In this document: positions 49,932 through 59,715 of the stretch, piece after piece
Numbering within the stretch: position 1 is the stretch's first letter
Layout: each line of letters starts with the position of its first letter
Notes under the pieces: model-generated
Seen by the model: only the letters and a program-made list of their open reading frames with translations
What the model was told of the DNA's origin: nothing
Database searches by the model: none
Position numbers and translations under genes: made by a program
Source: a phage
Assembly: GCA_037431425.1 (NCBI GenBank)
Contig: GCA_037431425.1_4129.1
DNA length: 64,000 bases
Direction: 5' to 3' (one strand)

Positions 49932-51083
49932 TTAAATTGGTGAATCTTCAACAAATATAGTACTAGCAGTACCACCTGATACTGGGTTAGTACCACTTGA
50001 ATATATTTTGTTTCCATCTGTCATATATGTTTTACCATAGCAACTTTGGATTTTAACATCTTTGAAATTCAAATCAGGAGTAATAGATTTAGTGTAAGTT
50101 AATACGTTAGTAGTTGAACCTGTACTTAATTGTCCATAGTATGAAGTTGCAGAGTTATTACCAGCAACGTATACGCCAGTATCAGTAATAACAAAGTTCG
50201 AGTAATATCCGTACCCATATCCTATATCTAATATATTTCCTTGTGGTTGATTTACCACTGCTGTTGTCAATATTTGGGTTGTAGCCCCAGTACCAGTCGC
50301 TGCCTGACCATATGTTTGGTCACCACCTGTGTACACTGAAACAACTGACGTGCTTTTGTTTCTTGCAATACCTTGCACCATTCCATTAATTGTACTTATA
50401 AATGCAATAGTGTTAACAGTTGCTGGTAATCTGGATGACAATGTGAAGAATTTATAAGAAGTAGGACCGTCAGTGTTCCCATAAACTTCACCTGTGTAAT
50501 ATAATCTACCACTTTCAGCAATAAATGAACACATGTTTATACCTGCAATAATCCTTTTCGGTATCGCACCAGTTGGTATAATTGATTGTACTAAAGTAGA
50601 AAAACTACTAGTATAAGAATAATTACCAAGCTGTCCTCTTGTGTTATAACCACCACACCAAATGGTCCCATTACTCATAAGTATTGAAATGAAGTTATTT
50701 CCTAGTGATATTTCTGTAATTGTTCCTTGTGATTTGACTTGGTTAATAACGGTTTGCATAGAAGTCCATGCATTAACAGATGACGTACCCATACACACAT
50801 TGTATTGTTGTCCTGTGTATTGATATGTCCCATCTGACTTGTGAATCATTGTAGCATACTGACCACACCATACATCAGTGACATCAGATGCAGTTACAGT
50901 CCATGATGATCTGGCTATATTGTCACCTAAACCCAACTGACCATTTGAATTGTTACCACGGGTGTATAACTTACCATTACTACCCAATACCATAACCCAG
51001 TTATACCCTGCAACTAATTTTTTAATGGCAGCAGGGGATGGTGCAACATTCCCATAATCAAACATTCTAACAAAAGGTAACAT
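49932..51083 (-). CDS. RCC1-like repeat protein, paralog 3
   Basis: N-terminus MLPFVRMFDYGNVAP; repeats such as GNNSNGQLGLGDN. Confidence 0.7.
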   Translation of the reverse strand: MLPFVRMFDYGNVAPSPAAIKKLVAGYNWVMVLGSNGKLYTRGNNSNGQLGLGDNIARSSWTVTASDVTDVWCGQYATMIHKSDGTYQYTGQQYNVCMGTSSVNAWTSMQTVINQVKSQGTITEISLGNNFISILMSNGTIWCGGYNTRGQLGNYSYTSSFSTLVQSIIPTGAIPKRIIAGINMCSFIAESGRLYYTGEVYGNTDGPTSYKFFTLSSRLPATVNTIAFISTINGMVQGIARNKSTSVVSVYTGGDQTYGQAATGTGATTQILTTAVVNQPQGNILDIGYGYGYYSNFVITDTGVYVAGNNSATSYYGQLSTGSTTNVLTYTKSITPDLNFKDVKIQSCYGKTYMTDGNKIYSSGTNPVSGGTASTIFVEDSPI

Positions 51084-51130
51084 ATTTCCCTCCTTTATTC
51101 ATTATACTATATTTAATACTAAAAGAAAAA

Positions 51131-51150
51131 GCCAGTACTTGAGTACTGGC
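51131..51150 (-). terminator. intergenic hairpin between RCC1-like paralogs
   Basis: GCCAGTACTTGAGTACTGGC; T-run on - strand. Confidence 0.6.
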
Positions 51151-51157
51151 TTTCTTA

Positions 51158-52348
51158 TTACAATTTTCTAGGTGTATCCAGAACATATCTATTTGTTTTA
51201 GGGCCACCATCATCATAAGTTCCGGTTGAATATATATTTTTCATATCAGCAGTTAGGAAAGTACGCAACGAACCGCGATATATTTTTATTTTATCATACA
51301 TAGAATATGTTATTTCTGACGGCAATGGACATGCAGTAAATTTACCAATGGTAGCATCATAACCAACACCCAATGTACCAGCATAACTACTCGCATTTAA
51401 ACCAGTTGCATATACACCTGCACTCGTAACTAGTATACTAGATTGTGCTGGGTATCCAGTATGGATTGAATAATAAGTACCAGGTGGCAATGTGGCACTA
51501 TTATTTCCTAAAACTCCATTAACATTGCTAGATGTAGTTTTATTTCCCCATGCTCCATTATTAGCTAATCCACCAACTAGAAACTGACGTGCTCCTGTAC
51601 TTGGATTCTCTACTAAAGCACTGACAGCACCAAATGAACAAACAGTATATTGTAATGTTTTTGTATATGTGGTACTTGGCTGATATAAAGTATATTCATT
51701 AAATGGTGTCCATGTGGTACTAGTACTTATGCCAGATGTAATACCACCAATATATAAATTATTTTGTTTATCAAACAACATTACACAGTTATATGTTGAC
51801 ATTATTTGTGCAATATCAACATCTGGTGTTACAGCTTTAACAAATGAGCCATCGGTTATTTGTTGAGTTTTTCCAGTACCATCTGCGAATTGTCTAGCAC
51901 TATTCCACCCTGTACTCCATATTGTATTATTATCCATTAAGAAAGTAAACCACGTAGTACCTGCATACATTTGTTTAATTGAAGTACTTGAACTTTGTTT
52001 GTACAAATTTTCAATATATTGGTTATAACTTAAAAACGTAGTAGTACTAGTTTCTAAACCAATATGACTACCATATCCACAATAAAAATAATTTAAGTCA
52101 TTATCTTGAACTAACAAAGTTCCTTGTGTCATCCAGCAATCTTTGATATTTTCTCTAATTAATGTCCACGACCTTACTGCATTATTATTTCCTCTACCAA
52201 ACTTCCCCCAACTATTACTGCCTCGTGCGTATAGTTGACCGTCGGTATAAAGTACAACAACCTCAGTATCAGTTGGTATTATTTTCTTAATTTGAAGTGG
52301 GACGGGTACAATATTCCCGTACTTAACTATTCTTCCAAAAGGTAACAT
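51158..52348 (-). CDS. RCC1-like repeat protein, paralog 4
   Basis: N-terminus MLPFGRIVKYGNIVP; repeat GSNSWGKFGRGNN. Confidence 0.7.
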   Translation of the reverse strand: MLPFGRIVKYGNIVPVPLQIKKIIPTDTEVVVLYTDGQLYARGSNSWGKFGRGNNNAVRSWTLIRENIKDCWMTQGTLLVQDNDLNYFYCGYGSHIGLETSTTTFLSYNQYIENLYKQSSSTSIKQMYAGTTWFTFLMDNNTIWSTGWNSARQFADGTGKTQQITDGSFVKAVTPDVDIAQIMSTYNCVMLFDKQNNLYIGGITSGISTSTTWTPFNEYTLYQPSTTYTKTLQYTVCSFGAVSALVENPSTGARQFLVGGLANNGAWGNKTTSSNVNGVLGNNSATLPPGTYYSIHTGYPAQSSILVTSAGVYATGLNASSYAGTLGVGYDATIGKFTACPLPSEITYSMYDKIKIYRGSLRTFLTADMKNIYSTGTYDDGGPKTNRYVLDTPRKL

Positions 52349-52391
52349 ATCCCCTCCTTATTCATTATACTATATTTAATCAAAAATAAAA

Positions 52392-52410
52392 GCCAGTATC
52401 AAGTACTGGC
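52392..52410 (-). terminator. intergenic hairpin between RCC1-like paralogs
   Basis: GCCAGTATCAAGTACTGGC. Confidence 0.6.
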
Positions 52411-52424
52411 ATAGTTTTATAATA

Positions 52425-53531
52425 TTATTTCGGCATCGTAATTGCAGACCATGAATTTGTAGTAATTGGACCTGGTATGTACACTAAAGAACCACATGCA
52501 TAAATTTGTCTATTCCCATCATACACAACACTAAAGTTAGTACAAGTAAACAATGACGAATTTAATGGATTGTAAGTATCTAATGTTAGTGTATTCACCC
52601 ACTTATTTGAACCTAGACCACCTGACCTACCAAATGCACCAGTACTGTATATCTTACCTTCAGTTGTTGCATATATATTAACATATGAAGTTGAACTGGA
52701 TTTAGCTATTTTATGTATCTTACTATCAATAGCACTGGAGTTAAATGTAAAAGGATATATTTCTACGTTAGTTGATGAACCATTACCGAGTTGACCAGAA
52801 TACTGCAAGCCAGCGACGTATGTACCACCACCTGAATATGCTATAGTACTAGTACTGTTACCTCCCATTATTTTAACACTAGTTAAACGACTTACTAAAG
52901 TAGTGTACTGACCTTTACTAACACCTAGTGAACCATAACTACTAGTACCACATCCAATAAGGTTACCGTTGGATGTTAAGATTAATGTGTTGTTTTGTGT
53001 ACCATATATATCAGCAACTTCATTTGTACCAGTATTCAGTACTAACACAAAAGCACTCTGTGAATTAGGATATCCACCACCGAGTGAATAGTTACTGTTC
53101 ATGCCTCTTCCATAAACCTTTGTACCACTAGCATCTACGTAGTGCATCGTATCTGAACCAATTGATATCATTTTAATATTAGATATGTGTGGAAATGAAG
53201 AAGTAACATCTAAACCACCCAAGGGGATTGCAGTATTACCCGTACCTAACTGAGAAGTAACTCCGTGCATTCTGAACTCTTCTCCTTTGAGATACAGAAG
53301 ATTGTACCCACCAGCCCATGCATCAGAAACACCCTCTGCAACTAATATCCAATTATTTTTTTCCGCTGTACCAACGGCATTCAACTGCCAATATGAATTA
53401 TCTCCACATCCATATAATGTACCATCACTATATAGTACGTACAAATTATTGGTTCCACAAAATACTTTCTTGATCGTTATACCTTCTGGAGCTATATTTC
53501 CATAGGTCATTATTCTTGCAAAAGGTAACAT
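52425..53531 (-). CDS. RCC1-like repeat protein, paralog 5
   Basis: N-terminus MLPFARIMTYGNIAP; repeat GDNSYWQLN. Confidence 0.7.
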   Translation of the reverse strand: MLPFARIMTYGNIAPEGITIKKVFCGTNNLYVLYSDGTLYGCGDNSYWQLNAVGTAEKNNWILVAEGVSDAWAGGYNLLYLKGEEFRMHGVTSQLGTGNTAIPLGGLDVTSSFPHISNIKMISIGSDTMHYVDASGTKVYGRGMNSNYSLGGGYPNSQSAFVLVLNTGTNEVADIYGTQNNTLILTSNGNLIGCGTSSYGSLGVSKGQYTTLVSRLTSVKIMGGNSTSTIAYSGGGTYVAGLQYSGQLGNGSSTNVEIYPFTFNSSAIDSKIHKIAKSSSTSYVNIYATTEGKIYSTGAFGRSGGLGSNKWVNTLTLDTYNPLNSSLFTCTNFSVVYDGNRQIYACGSLVYIPGPITTNSWSAITMPK

Positions 53532-53576
53532 ATCCCCTCCTTATTCATTATACTATATTTAATACAAATAAGAAAA

Positions 53577-53595
53577 GCCAGTATCAAGTACTGGC
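53577..53595 (-). terminator. intergenic hairpin between RCC1-like paralogs
   Basis: GCCAGTATCAAGTACTGGC. Confidence 0.6.
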
Positions 53596-53601
53596 CTATA
53601 T

Positions 53602-54771
53602 TTAAACTGGCGAATCTAATATAAATTCTAAACTACTAATGCCACCATATGTGACATCTGTTCCCGTGCTATATACAAAATTACCATCAGTTATATAAGT
53701 TCGGTTATAACTACCTGCCATCTGTGACTTACTATAATCAAACCCATCAGGTACGATTGCTTTGGTATATACTAATGCATTAGTAGATGTACCAATACCT
53801 AACATACCAGCTTGTGTAGATTGATTGTAGCCGCAACAATATATACCATCTGTTGTAGCAATAACTTGGTTATAATATGAAGTATTGTTAGCAATGCTTA
53901 CTACATCACCAGGTGGCATTAGTGATGCTGTTTGTACCTCAAATGCTCTATAATCTTTGAGAGAACCATCTTTCCCATCTGCTTGTGCACCAAATATTCT
54001 TGAACCACCATTTGCGATGATAGTTTTACCAGTAGGATCAGTGCCTATTGCCATTGCCATTGAAGTACCATTATTCACATAGTACTTTATATTAATTGTA
54101 TTACTTAAGCTGGTAGGAGCACCATAATATATATTATATAACTTACTTCCTGAACTTGTAACTGCATTGACTCTTCCTGTATAAAATAACCATCCTTGGT
54201 TTGTAACATAACCGTGCATTAAATTACTTGCAAACAATTTAACAGGTAATTGATTTGCTACGGTAGGAACAGTACTTTTGACGAATCTACCAGAAACATA
54301 GTTAATTGTTGTTCCATCACCCAACTGACCATCCGACCCTACTCCAGTACTCCATATTGTTTGGTCTGATAGTAACACACTTGTAGTCTGATAACTAATG
54401 GCTATATCTAATATTGGTAATGTTAATGTATTGAATATAGGCATAGCAGATGTCCATATTGATACTCCTGACCCTTTCATACCAACAGTTGTTGAACTTC
54501 CACTGTACCATATTTCATTATTGCTTTTCTTAACAACTATCGACGTGGCTCCCATCCAAAAATCTTCAACACCAGAAGTACTAAAAGTCCATGTAGTAAC
54601 AGTATTTTTGTGACCTAAACCCAAAATACCATATGCATTATCACCACGCACATATAAATCACCACTGTTTGTTAAAACAGCAACATTATCGTTGTTAGCA
54701 AGTATTTTTTTAATATTTGGTTTAGCAGGTGCAATATTCCCGTACTTAACCATCCTCGCAAAAGGTAACAA
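53602..54771 (-). CDS. RCC1-like repeat protein, paralog 6
   Basis: N-terminus MLPFARMVKYGNIAP; repeat GDNAYGILGLGHKN. Confidence 0.7.
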   Translation of the reverse strand: MLPFARMVKYGNIAPAKPNIKKILANNDNVAVLTNSGDLYVRGDNAYGILGLGHKNTVTTWTFSTSGVEDFWMGATSIVVKKSNNEIWYSGSSTTVGMKGSGVSIWTSAMPIFNTLTLPILDIAISYQTTSVLLSDQTIWSTGVGSDGQLGDGTTINYVSGRFVKSTVPTVANQLPVKLFASNLMHGYVTNQGWLFYTGRVNAVTSSGSKLYNIYYGAPTSLSNTINIKYYVNNGTSMAMAIGTDPTGKTIIANGGSRIFGAQADGKDGSLKDYRAFEVQTASLMPPGDVVSIANNTSYYNQVIATTDGIYCCGYNQSTQAGMLGIGTSTNALVYTKAIVPDGFDYSKSQMAGSYNRTYITDGNFVYSTGTDVTYGGISSLEFILDSPV

Positions 54772-54816
54772 AATTAAATCTCCAAAATTAAAATAATTAT
54801 ATAGTATTTACAAAAA

Positions 54817-54842
54817 TACCAGTACATATTTCAGTACTGGTA
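54817..54842 (-). terminator. intergenic hairpin between RCC1-like paralogs
   Basis: TACCAGTAC-ATATTTCA-GTACTGGTA. Confidence 0.55.
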
Positions 54843-54847
54843 TATTA

Positions 54848-55969
54848 TTAAAAGGGCAACGGTAACTCAGTAAAAGAACTTACGTCCGGTAAACCATACA
54901 TTGAATTAGCATCACCACAGTAATACCACTTCGTAGAATCATGTACCACCGATAAACGCAGTGCACATAACACTTCCTGTATGTCATTAAACACCATCGG
55001 GACTAACTCATATGTATCTGCAAATGAAGATACACCACCACTCGCATGAAAAGTATTTGTCCCAGCATAAAATAACTGATTAGTGTTCTTACCCACAGCA
55101 AATGTAATCAAATTCCCATCATTCTCCCATAAAGAAGAAAACTTATCAACACTACCAGAAAGCTCTGTGTAAGTACTCGTAATGGCATTAACCGCCGCCG
55201 CATTACCCATCTGTTTATTCAAGTTCTGCCCAGCAATAAAATATCTCGTTCGTGCACTAGAATCAGTATATAATAACCCAGTGTTCGTGGTCATCATTCC
55301 AATGTCCTTAATCGTCATACCAGGCTGTGAATAACTTAGATACGAAGTTAAATTAACATTATTACCCAACGAACCGTTAGAACTCATGCCACAACGATGT
55401 AATATACCACTTGTATCAACGTAGATAGTACTAACACCACTCGTATACAACTCTTGTACATTATTCGCAATAAACACAGCAGTCGCCTTATTACTAACCC
55501 CACCAAATGATAGGTTATTATCAAATCCCTTAGCGTATAATTGATTATTAGTAGTCAATAATCCAATCGTGTAATAAGACATTTTCATATCCCTTACTGT
55601 ACTCAAATCTACTGCCCCAAATTGATACGTAACATCTGTCCATTTGAAAATCTGTGCACTACCAACACCACCCGTTTCAAACCATTTGTCACCACAGTAC
55701 AATATGCGATTATCCTTAGTAAAGATAACTGTTAACGCTCCACTACCACACGCAAACTTTACATCACTTCTAACCTTCGTCCAATCACGTACATAGGTAG
55801 TGGTGTTATTACCTATACCTAACTTGCCATAACGGTTATAACCACGCACCCATAAATCACCACTCTTAGTAATTAATAGTAATGCGTCTCCTGTACTTAT
55901 TATTCGAAATCCCGATCTAGGATCAGGTACAATATTCCCGTACTTAACCATTCTCCCAAAAGGTAACAT
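54848..55969 (-). CDS. RCC1-like repeat protein, paralog 7
   Basis: N-terminus MLPFGRMVKYGNIVP; repeat GYNRYGKLGIGNN; first gene of the minus-strand array. Confidence 0.7.
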   Translation of the reverse strand: MLPFGRMVKYGNIVPDPRSGFRIISTGDALLLITKSGDLWVRGYNRYGKLGIGNNTTTYVRDWTKVRSDVKFACGSGALTVIFTKDNRILYCGDKWFETGGVGSAQIFKWTDVTYQFGAVDLSTVRDMKMSYYTIGLLTTNNQLYAKGFDNNLSFGGVSNKATAVFIANNVQELYTSGVSTIYVDTSGILHRCGMSSNGSLGNNVNLTSYLSYSQPGMTIKDIGMMTTNTGLLYTDSSARTRYFIAGQNLNKQMGNAAAVNAITSTYTELSGSVDKFSSLWENDGNLITFAVGKNTNQLFYAGTNTFHASGGVSSFADTYELVPMVFNDIQEVLCALRLSVVHDSTKWYYCGDANSMYGLPDVSSFTELPLPF

Positions 55970-56013
55970 AATTCCCTCCTTTATTCATTATATCATATTT
56001 ACCCAAAAAACAC

Positions 56014-56042
56014 TTGACACCCTTTCAGTACTGTTGTACGAT
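56014..56042 (+). promoter_or_regulatory. sigma70-type promoter (TTGACA-N17-TACGAT) at the head of the small-ORF array
   Basis: Lies in the divergent region between the RCC1-like array and the small-ORF array; contains CAGTACTG. Confidence 0.5.
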
Positions 56043-56067
56043 AGAAGGAATATTAGGAGAACTACAC

Positions 56068-56295
56068 ATGACAAATACCCTTAAGTACTACCTCAATACT
56101 CTGCCCGACCTAGAGTACGGGAAGTTTCTCGCAGATAGTTCGTGGCTGATTGAGCTAAAAACACATAACAGCCCTGGATGCACCCTTATGATGAACAATG
56201 CTATTGATACCCTTATAGTGAGTATTTTACATAGCAATATCTACAAGGATAACAATAAACAATTAACAAAAATATTAGTACTGCTATCTCTATGA
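56068..56295 (+). CDS. small protein, first member of tandem small-ORF array
   Basis: Track ORF 56014..56295 trimmed to ATG 56068 with SD taggaga, downstream of promoter 56014..56042. Confidence 0.5.
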   Translation: MTNTLKYYLNTLPDLEYGKFLADSSWLIELKTHNSPGCTLMMNNAIDTLIVSILHSNIYKDNNKQLTKILVLLSL

Positions 56296-56495
56296 ATATC
56301 GAACAGTTCTACATCAATGCACTACCAACTAAAAGTCTTCAAGAAAGCCTACTGTATACACAAAAGAATTTTAAAAACTTCAAACGTTGCCCTAAACTAC
56401 TGAACTCGTACATGAATAATATCATAAGAAATGTTTTACAAGGAGAAGAAAGTATGCAATACTATCACATCATTATCCTTATATTGGAGTACTAA
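56292..56495 (+). CDS. small array protein (about 67 aa)
   Basis: Track ORF; ATGA junction; hydrophobic C-terminus YHIIILILEY. Confidence 0.5.
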   Translation: MNIEQFYINALPTKSLQESLLYTQKNFKNFKRCPKLLNSYMNNIIRNVLQGEESMQYYHIIILILEY

Positions 56496-56496
56496 T

Positions 56497-56706
56497 ATGA
56501 ATACCGAACATAAAGAATTCTACACCAAATACCTCAGCAACGAAGAACAATTGTTTCTAAGAAGTGTATCACCTTTACGTATAGATACACCACACGCCAG
56601 AGAATGCTTTAATAATTGTATACGTAGTACCCTAGAAGCAATCGAATATAATAACAAAAATATTATGTACTCCAGTTTAATCGGACTAATATACTTCTAT
56701 GAATAA
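56497..56706 (+). CDS. small array protein (HKEFY...LIYFYE type)
   Basis: Track ORF 56431..56706 trimmed to ATG 56497 after upstream stop; near-paralog of 59716..59925. Confidence 0.5.
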   Translation: MNTEHKEFYTKYLSNEEQLFLRSVSPLRIDTPHARECFNNCIRSTLEAIEYNNKNIMYSSLIGLIYFYE

Positions 56707-56890
56707 TCATAAAGATTTCTATTGCAGTAAACTACACAAACAATACAGAGATTCATTTCCCAATGAACCTATGGATATGAATAGTCCCTTTTATAACTTT
56801 GACTTCAGACTGGAGACACGTTATGCAATAGAACATCAATTTCCTGAAACTAAGTACTTATCTATCATGAACCTCATCTTTAAGTTCTAA
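56699..56890 (+). CDS. small array protein
   Basis: Track ORF; HKDFY N-terminal motif. Confidence 0.45.
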   Translation: MNNHKDFYCSKLHKQYRDSFPNEPMDMNSPFYNFDFRLETRYAIEHQFPETKYLSIMNLIFKF

Positions 56891-56942
56891 AAGGTGCACC
56901 AAGGACAGAGTATTTTAATATAGTAAGGCTAATTACACTACC

Positions 56943-57128
56943 ATGAATCACATAAGCTACTACTACCAACAACTATCCGACAGAGACAAGTACAGTCACA
57001 ACTCCCATGTGTGGTACTACAAACGCGGCAGTATAAGAGACAAACATCATTACTTCAGTGCTGCTATAACAGAAGTACTAACAACTAAGTACACGTACAG
57101 AGCAGTACTGAAACTTATCTCTATATAA
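56943..57128 (+). CDS. small array protein, LKLISI subfamily
   Basis: Track ORF; C-terminal YTYRAVLKLISI. Confidence 0.5.
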   Translation: MNHISYYYQQLSDRDKYSHNSHVWYYKRGSIRDKHHYFSAAITEVLTTKYTYRAVLKLISI

Positions 57129-57136
57129 GGTACTAT

Positions 57137-57322
57137 ATGAATACATTTGAGTACTATACCAATAAACTATCTATGCCTGAAAGATCTCATCTCTATGTGT
57201 GGAGAAATGCGTATAAAAACGGAAATAAACTTATACAAAGAAATTCCCTTACAGTGTGTACCAATTTAATTAACGCAGAGTACCGCACATATATTGAAGT
57301 ACTGAAACTCATCTCTATCTAA
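57137..57322 (+). CDS. small array protein, LKLISI subfamily
   Basis: Track ORF; NTFEYY N-terminus; C-terminal YIEVLKLISI. Confidence 0.5.
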   Translation: MNTFEYYTNKLSMPERSHLYVWRNAYKNGNKLIQRNSLTVCTNLINAEYRTYIEVLKLISI

Positions 57323-57330
57323 GGTACTCT

Positions 57331-57510
57331 ATGCAAGAATTCTATATCTATAATCTCCAGCACAAAGATAGATACAACTATAATCAATTCCAAAGGTACT
57401 ACACCGTCGGGAACATCAAAGATAAAAAACGATACCTACTATCATGTACTGTAGATGCACAAAACAAAAAGTACACGTACAGAGAAGTACTGAAACTAAT
57501 TTCTATTTGA
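57331..57510 (+). CDS. small array protein, LKLISI subfamily (59 aa)
   Basis: Manually found, just under the track cutoff; C-terminal YTYREVLKLISI. Confidence 0.45.
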   Translation: MQEFYIYNLQHKDRYNYNQFQRYYTVGNIKDKKRYLLSCTVDAQNKKYTYREVLKLISI

Positions 57511-57518
57511 GGTAATAT

Positions 57519-57707
57519 ATGAATACTTTTGAGTACTACTTCAATAAACTAAATTCCATAGAACAAAATATGTACAATTCATATATTAAGTACTATCAAT
57601 CATCTGCACCTGGAATTAAAAATATATCAATAAAGATTATCACTAACCGTGTACTGACATCTGAACGTTATATGTATATGGATGCACTGAAACTCATCTC
57701 TATGTAA
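57519..57707 (+). CDS. small array protein, LKLISI subfamily
   Basis: Track ORF; NTFEYY N-terminus; C-terminal ALKLISM. Confidence 0.5.
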   Translation: MNTFEYYFNKLNSIEQNMYNSYIKYYQSSAPGIKNISIKIITNRVLTSERYMYMDALKLISM

Positions 57708-57717
57708 GGAATAAACT

Positions 57718-57897
57718 ATGAACAATTTCTATATAGAACACATAACCATAAAAGACCGTTTCATGTACGACACCTTCGTGAAGTACTACAACCTCGCAAC
57801 TAACAGTACTAAAAATATCAATCTCAATAGCTGCATACACCAAGCACTAACAAAAGAAAATCCCTTCAGGGAAATCCTTGCACTTGCATCTGTATAA
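57718..57897 (+). CDS. small array protein (59 aa)
   Basis: Manually found; C-terminal FREILALASV. Confidence 0.4.
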   Translation: MNNFYIEHITIKDRFMYDTFVKYYNLATNSTKNINLNSCIHQALTKENPFREILALASV

Positions 57898-57907
57898 AGG
57901 AATTCAA

Positions 57908-58573
57908 ATGAAACTTAATCCACAAAGTAAACAATACCTTAAGCACTTTAAGTACCTCAACAGTATTCAAGCAGAATCTATTACATCTTCTTATACTTAT
58001 CACCCGAATATACTAAAGAAACGAAATAAAAAGAATAAATCCAGTACAGATCTAGTATCAAAGAACCTCAAATCGTACTTGAAGAAAAATAATATCTCTA
58101 TTCATTGTGCGAATATCTATAATACTGATTTAAAAGCATTGAGTACTAATACCAGCACAAAAACACTAAAGAATACATCTATCTATATCTATATGCACCT
58201 GGATAATATCCCGTGCACTATAATTCTATCTTTCGGGAATGTATACTTCTTCGGGAATTGTAATACCACCCATGATATCCGTACAGCACAATTCCAAATC
58301 GGAGATATGTACTGCATGGGTTCAGAAAAAATACACGATAACATGCATTTCTTCCAACAGCAACGTACAGAAGAAACTAATACAGTACTAGAATTCCTCA
58401 AAGAACTTCAAAACAAAGAATTATCTCAAGAAGAACTATTCATGTACAGCACCGTAATCAATAATCCAGAACTCTACAAAAACGCGTACAATCTAACAAA
58501 ACATGTGCAGGAACTTATTAGTACTAATAAGAAAATTCATCACCTCATGACATATATTGCAAACTATGCATAA
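57908..58573 (+). CDS. hypothetical protein (about 221 aa) embedded in the small-ORF array
   Basis: Track ORF 57878..58573 trimmed to ATG 57908 with SD aaaggaa. Confidence 0.55.
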   Translation: MKLNPQSKQYLKHFKYLNSIQAESITSSYTYHPNILKKRNKKNKSSTDLVSKNLKSYLKKNNISIHCANIYNTDLKALSTNTSTKTLKNTSIYIYMHLDNIPCTIILSFGNVYFFGNCNTTHDIRTAQFQIGDMYCMGSEKIHDNMHFFQQQRTEETNTVLEFLKELQNKELSQEELFMYSTVINNPELYKNAYNLTKHVQELISTNKKIHHLMTYIANYA

Positions 58574-58751
58574 AGAATACTACCAAAATAAACTCCCAAT
58601 GCATCTACAACACCTTGTACCAACAGAACCATTGGGTATAGAAAAAGACTACGAAAAAGACTACTTCATTAAGTGCACCAAATCCTCAATAGATATTGAG
58701 GACTATAATCGAGTACTGTATCACATCCTTTTACTAATATATAAGTACTAA
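58566..58751 (+). CDS. small array protein, KEYYQNKLPM subfamily
   Basis: Track ORF 58557..58751 (TTG) trimmed to ATG 58566; C-terminal LLLIYKY. Confidence 0.5.
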   Translation: MHKEYYQNKLPMHLQHLVPTEPLGIEKDYEKDYFIKCTKSSIDIEDYNRVLYHILLLIYKY

Positions 58752-58752
58752 T

Positions 58753-58947
58753 ATGAATAATGAATACTATAAAGAATACTACCAAAATAAACTCCCTATG
58801 TATCTACAACACCTTATACCAACAAAACCTATTGGCATAAAAGATCATGAAAAAATAATGTTCCAACAATGTTCTAAGTACATCCTAATAGACGATCACA
58901 ATCCATATATGCTGTACTATATAATAATGCTAACATTCAGGTACTAA
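58753..58947 (+). CDS. small array protein, KEYYQNKLPM subfamily
   Basis: Track ORF; close paralog of 58566..58751. Confidence 0.55.
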   Translation: MNNEYYKEYYQNKLPMYLQHLIPTKPIGIKDHEKIMFQQCSKYILIDDHNPYMLYYIIMLTFRY

Positions 58948-58948
58948 T

Positions 58949-59131
58949 ATGCACAAAGAATACTACACACAATTTCTCCCCAGTATATTTGAACACTACG
59001 CCAGATATAAAGTCCCACTGGATAACGATTTGGCAGTACTCGGATTCAATAACTGCATAGAACGCAGTATAGAAAATAGTAGTTCATATGACCAACTATA
59101 TAACACTATCCTACTTATATTCAGGTACTAA
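58949..59131 (+). CDS. small array protein
   Basis: Track ORF; HKEYY N-terminus; C-terminal LLIFRY. Confidence 0.5.
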   Translation: MHKEYYTQFLPSIFEHYARYKVPLDNDLAVLGFNNCIERSIENSSSYDQLYNTILLIFRY

Positions 59132-59132
59132 T

Positions 59133-59321
59133 ATGTTTAAAGAATACTACGCAAAATATTTCCCAATGTATCTCAGAACTAATCTATTAGATAAACCTCG
59201 CGATATCAATGCTCAAAACGATAAAGTGTACTTTATTATGTGCACTAAAGCATGTATACTAGATCATGACAGCTACCATCGAGTACTCTATCATACACTG
59301 TACCTAACATTCGTGTACTAA
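59133..59321 (+). CDS. small array protein
   Basis: Track ORF 59088..59321 trimmed to ATG 59133; FKEYY N-terminus. Confidence 0.5.
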   Translation: MFKEYYAKYFPMYLRTNLLDKPRDINAQNDKVYFIMCTKACILDHDSYHRVLYHTLYLTFVY

Positions 59322-59331
59322 AGAGAACATT

Positions 59332-59526
59332 ATGCAACACAAGTTCAAAGAATTCTACTTAAGCCGCCTGGAACTAAACTCCCAAATGCTTATACCACTA
59401 AAACCAATAGATATCAAGGATAAGAAAAATACCCAACAATTCATCTACCATACACAGTGTGCTATCTCCCCAGATTATAATACATATAAATTGTACTATA
59501 TCATCGCCCTAATACTCAGGTACTAA
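59332..59526 (+). CDS. small array protein
   Basis: Track ORF; FKEFY N-terminus; C-terminal ALILRY. Confidence 0.5.
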   Translation: MQHKFKEFYLSRLELNSQMLIPLKPIDIKDKKNTQQFIYHTQCAISPDYNTYKLYYIIALILRY

Positions 59527-59528
59527 TC

Positions 59529-59714
59529 ATGTATAAAGAATACTACACACAATTTGTTAAAGAAAACTACAAATATGCCGTCCCCATAAAACCCTTAAAT
59601 GCTAATGACCCAAATACTATATTCCTGTTTAATGACGCAATACGTACAGTACTCAATACTAAAGATGAACAAGTGCAGTACGTATTCTTACTTTTACTTA
59701 TATACAGACACTAA
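59529..59714 (+). CDS. small array protein
   Basis: Track ORF; YKEYY N-terminus; C-terminal LLLIYRH. Confidence 0.5.
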   Translation: MYKEYYTQFVKENYKYAVPIKPLNANDPNTIFLFNDAIRTVLNTKDEQVQYVFLLLLIYRH

Positions 59715-59715
59715 T

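Noticed and set aside
48529-54613. + strand track ORFs inside the RCC1-like paralog array (48529..48720, 53287..53505, 54398..54613)
   Set aside because: Antisense to long, paralog-supported minus-strand genes; no independent support
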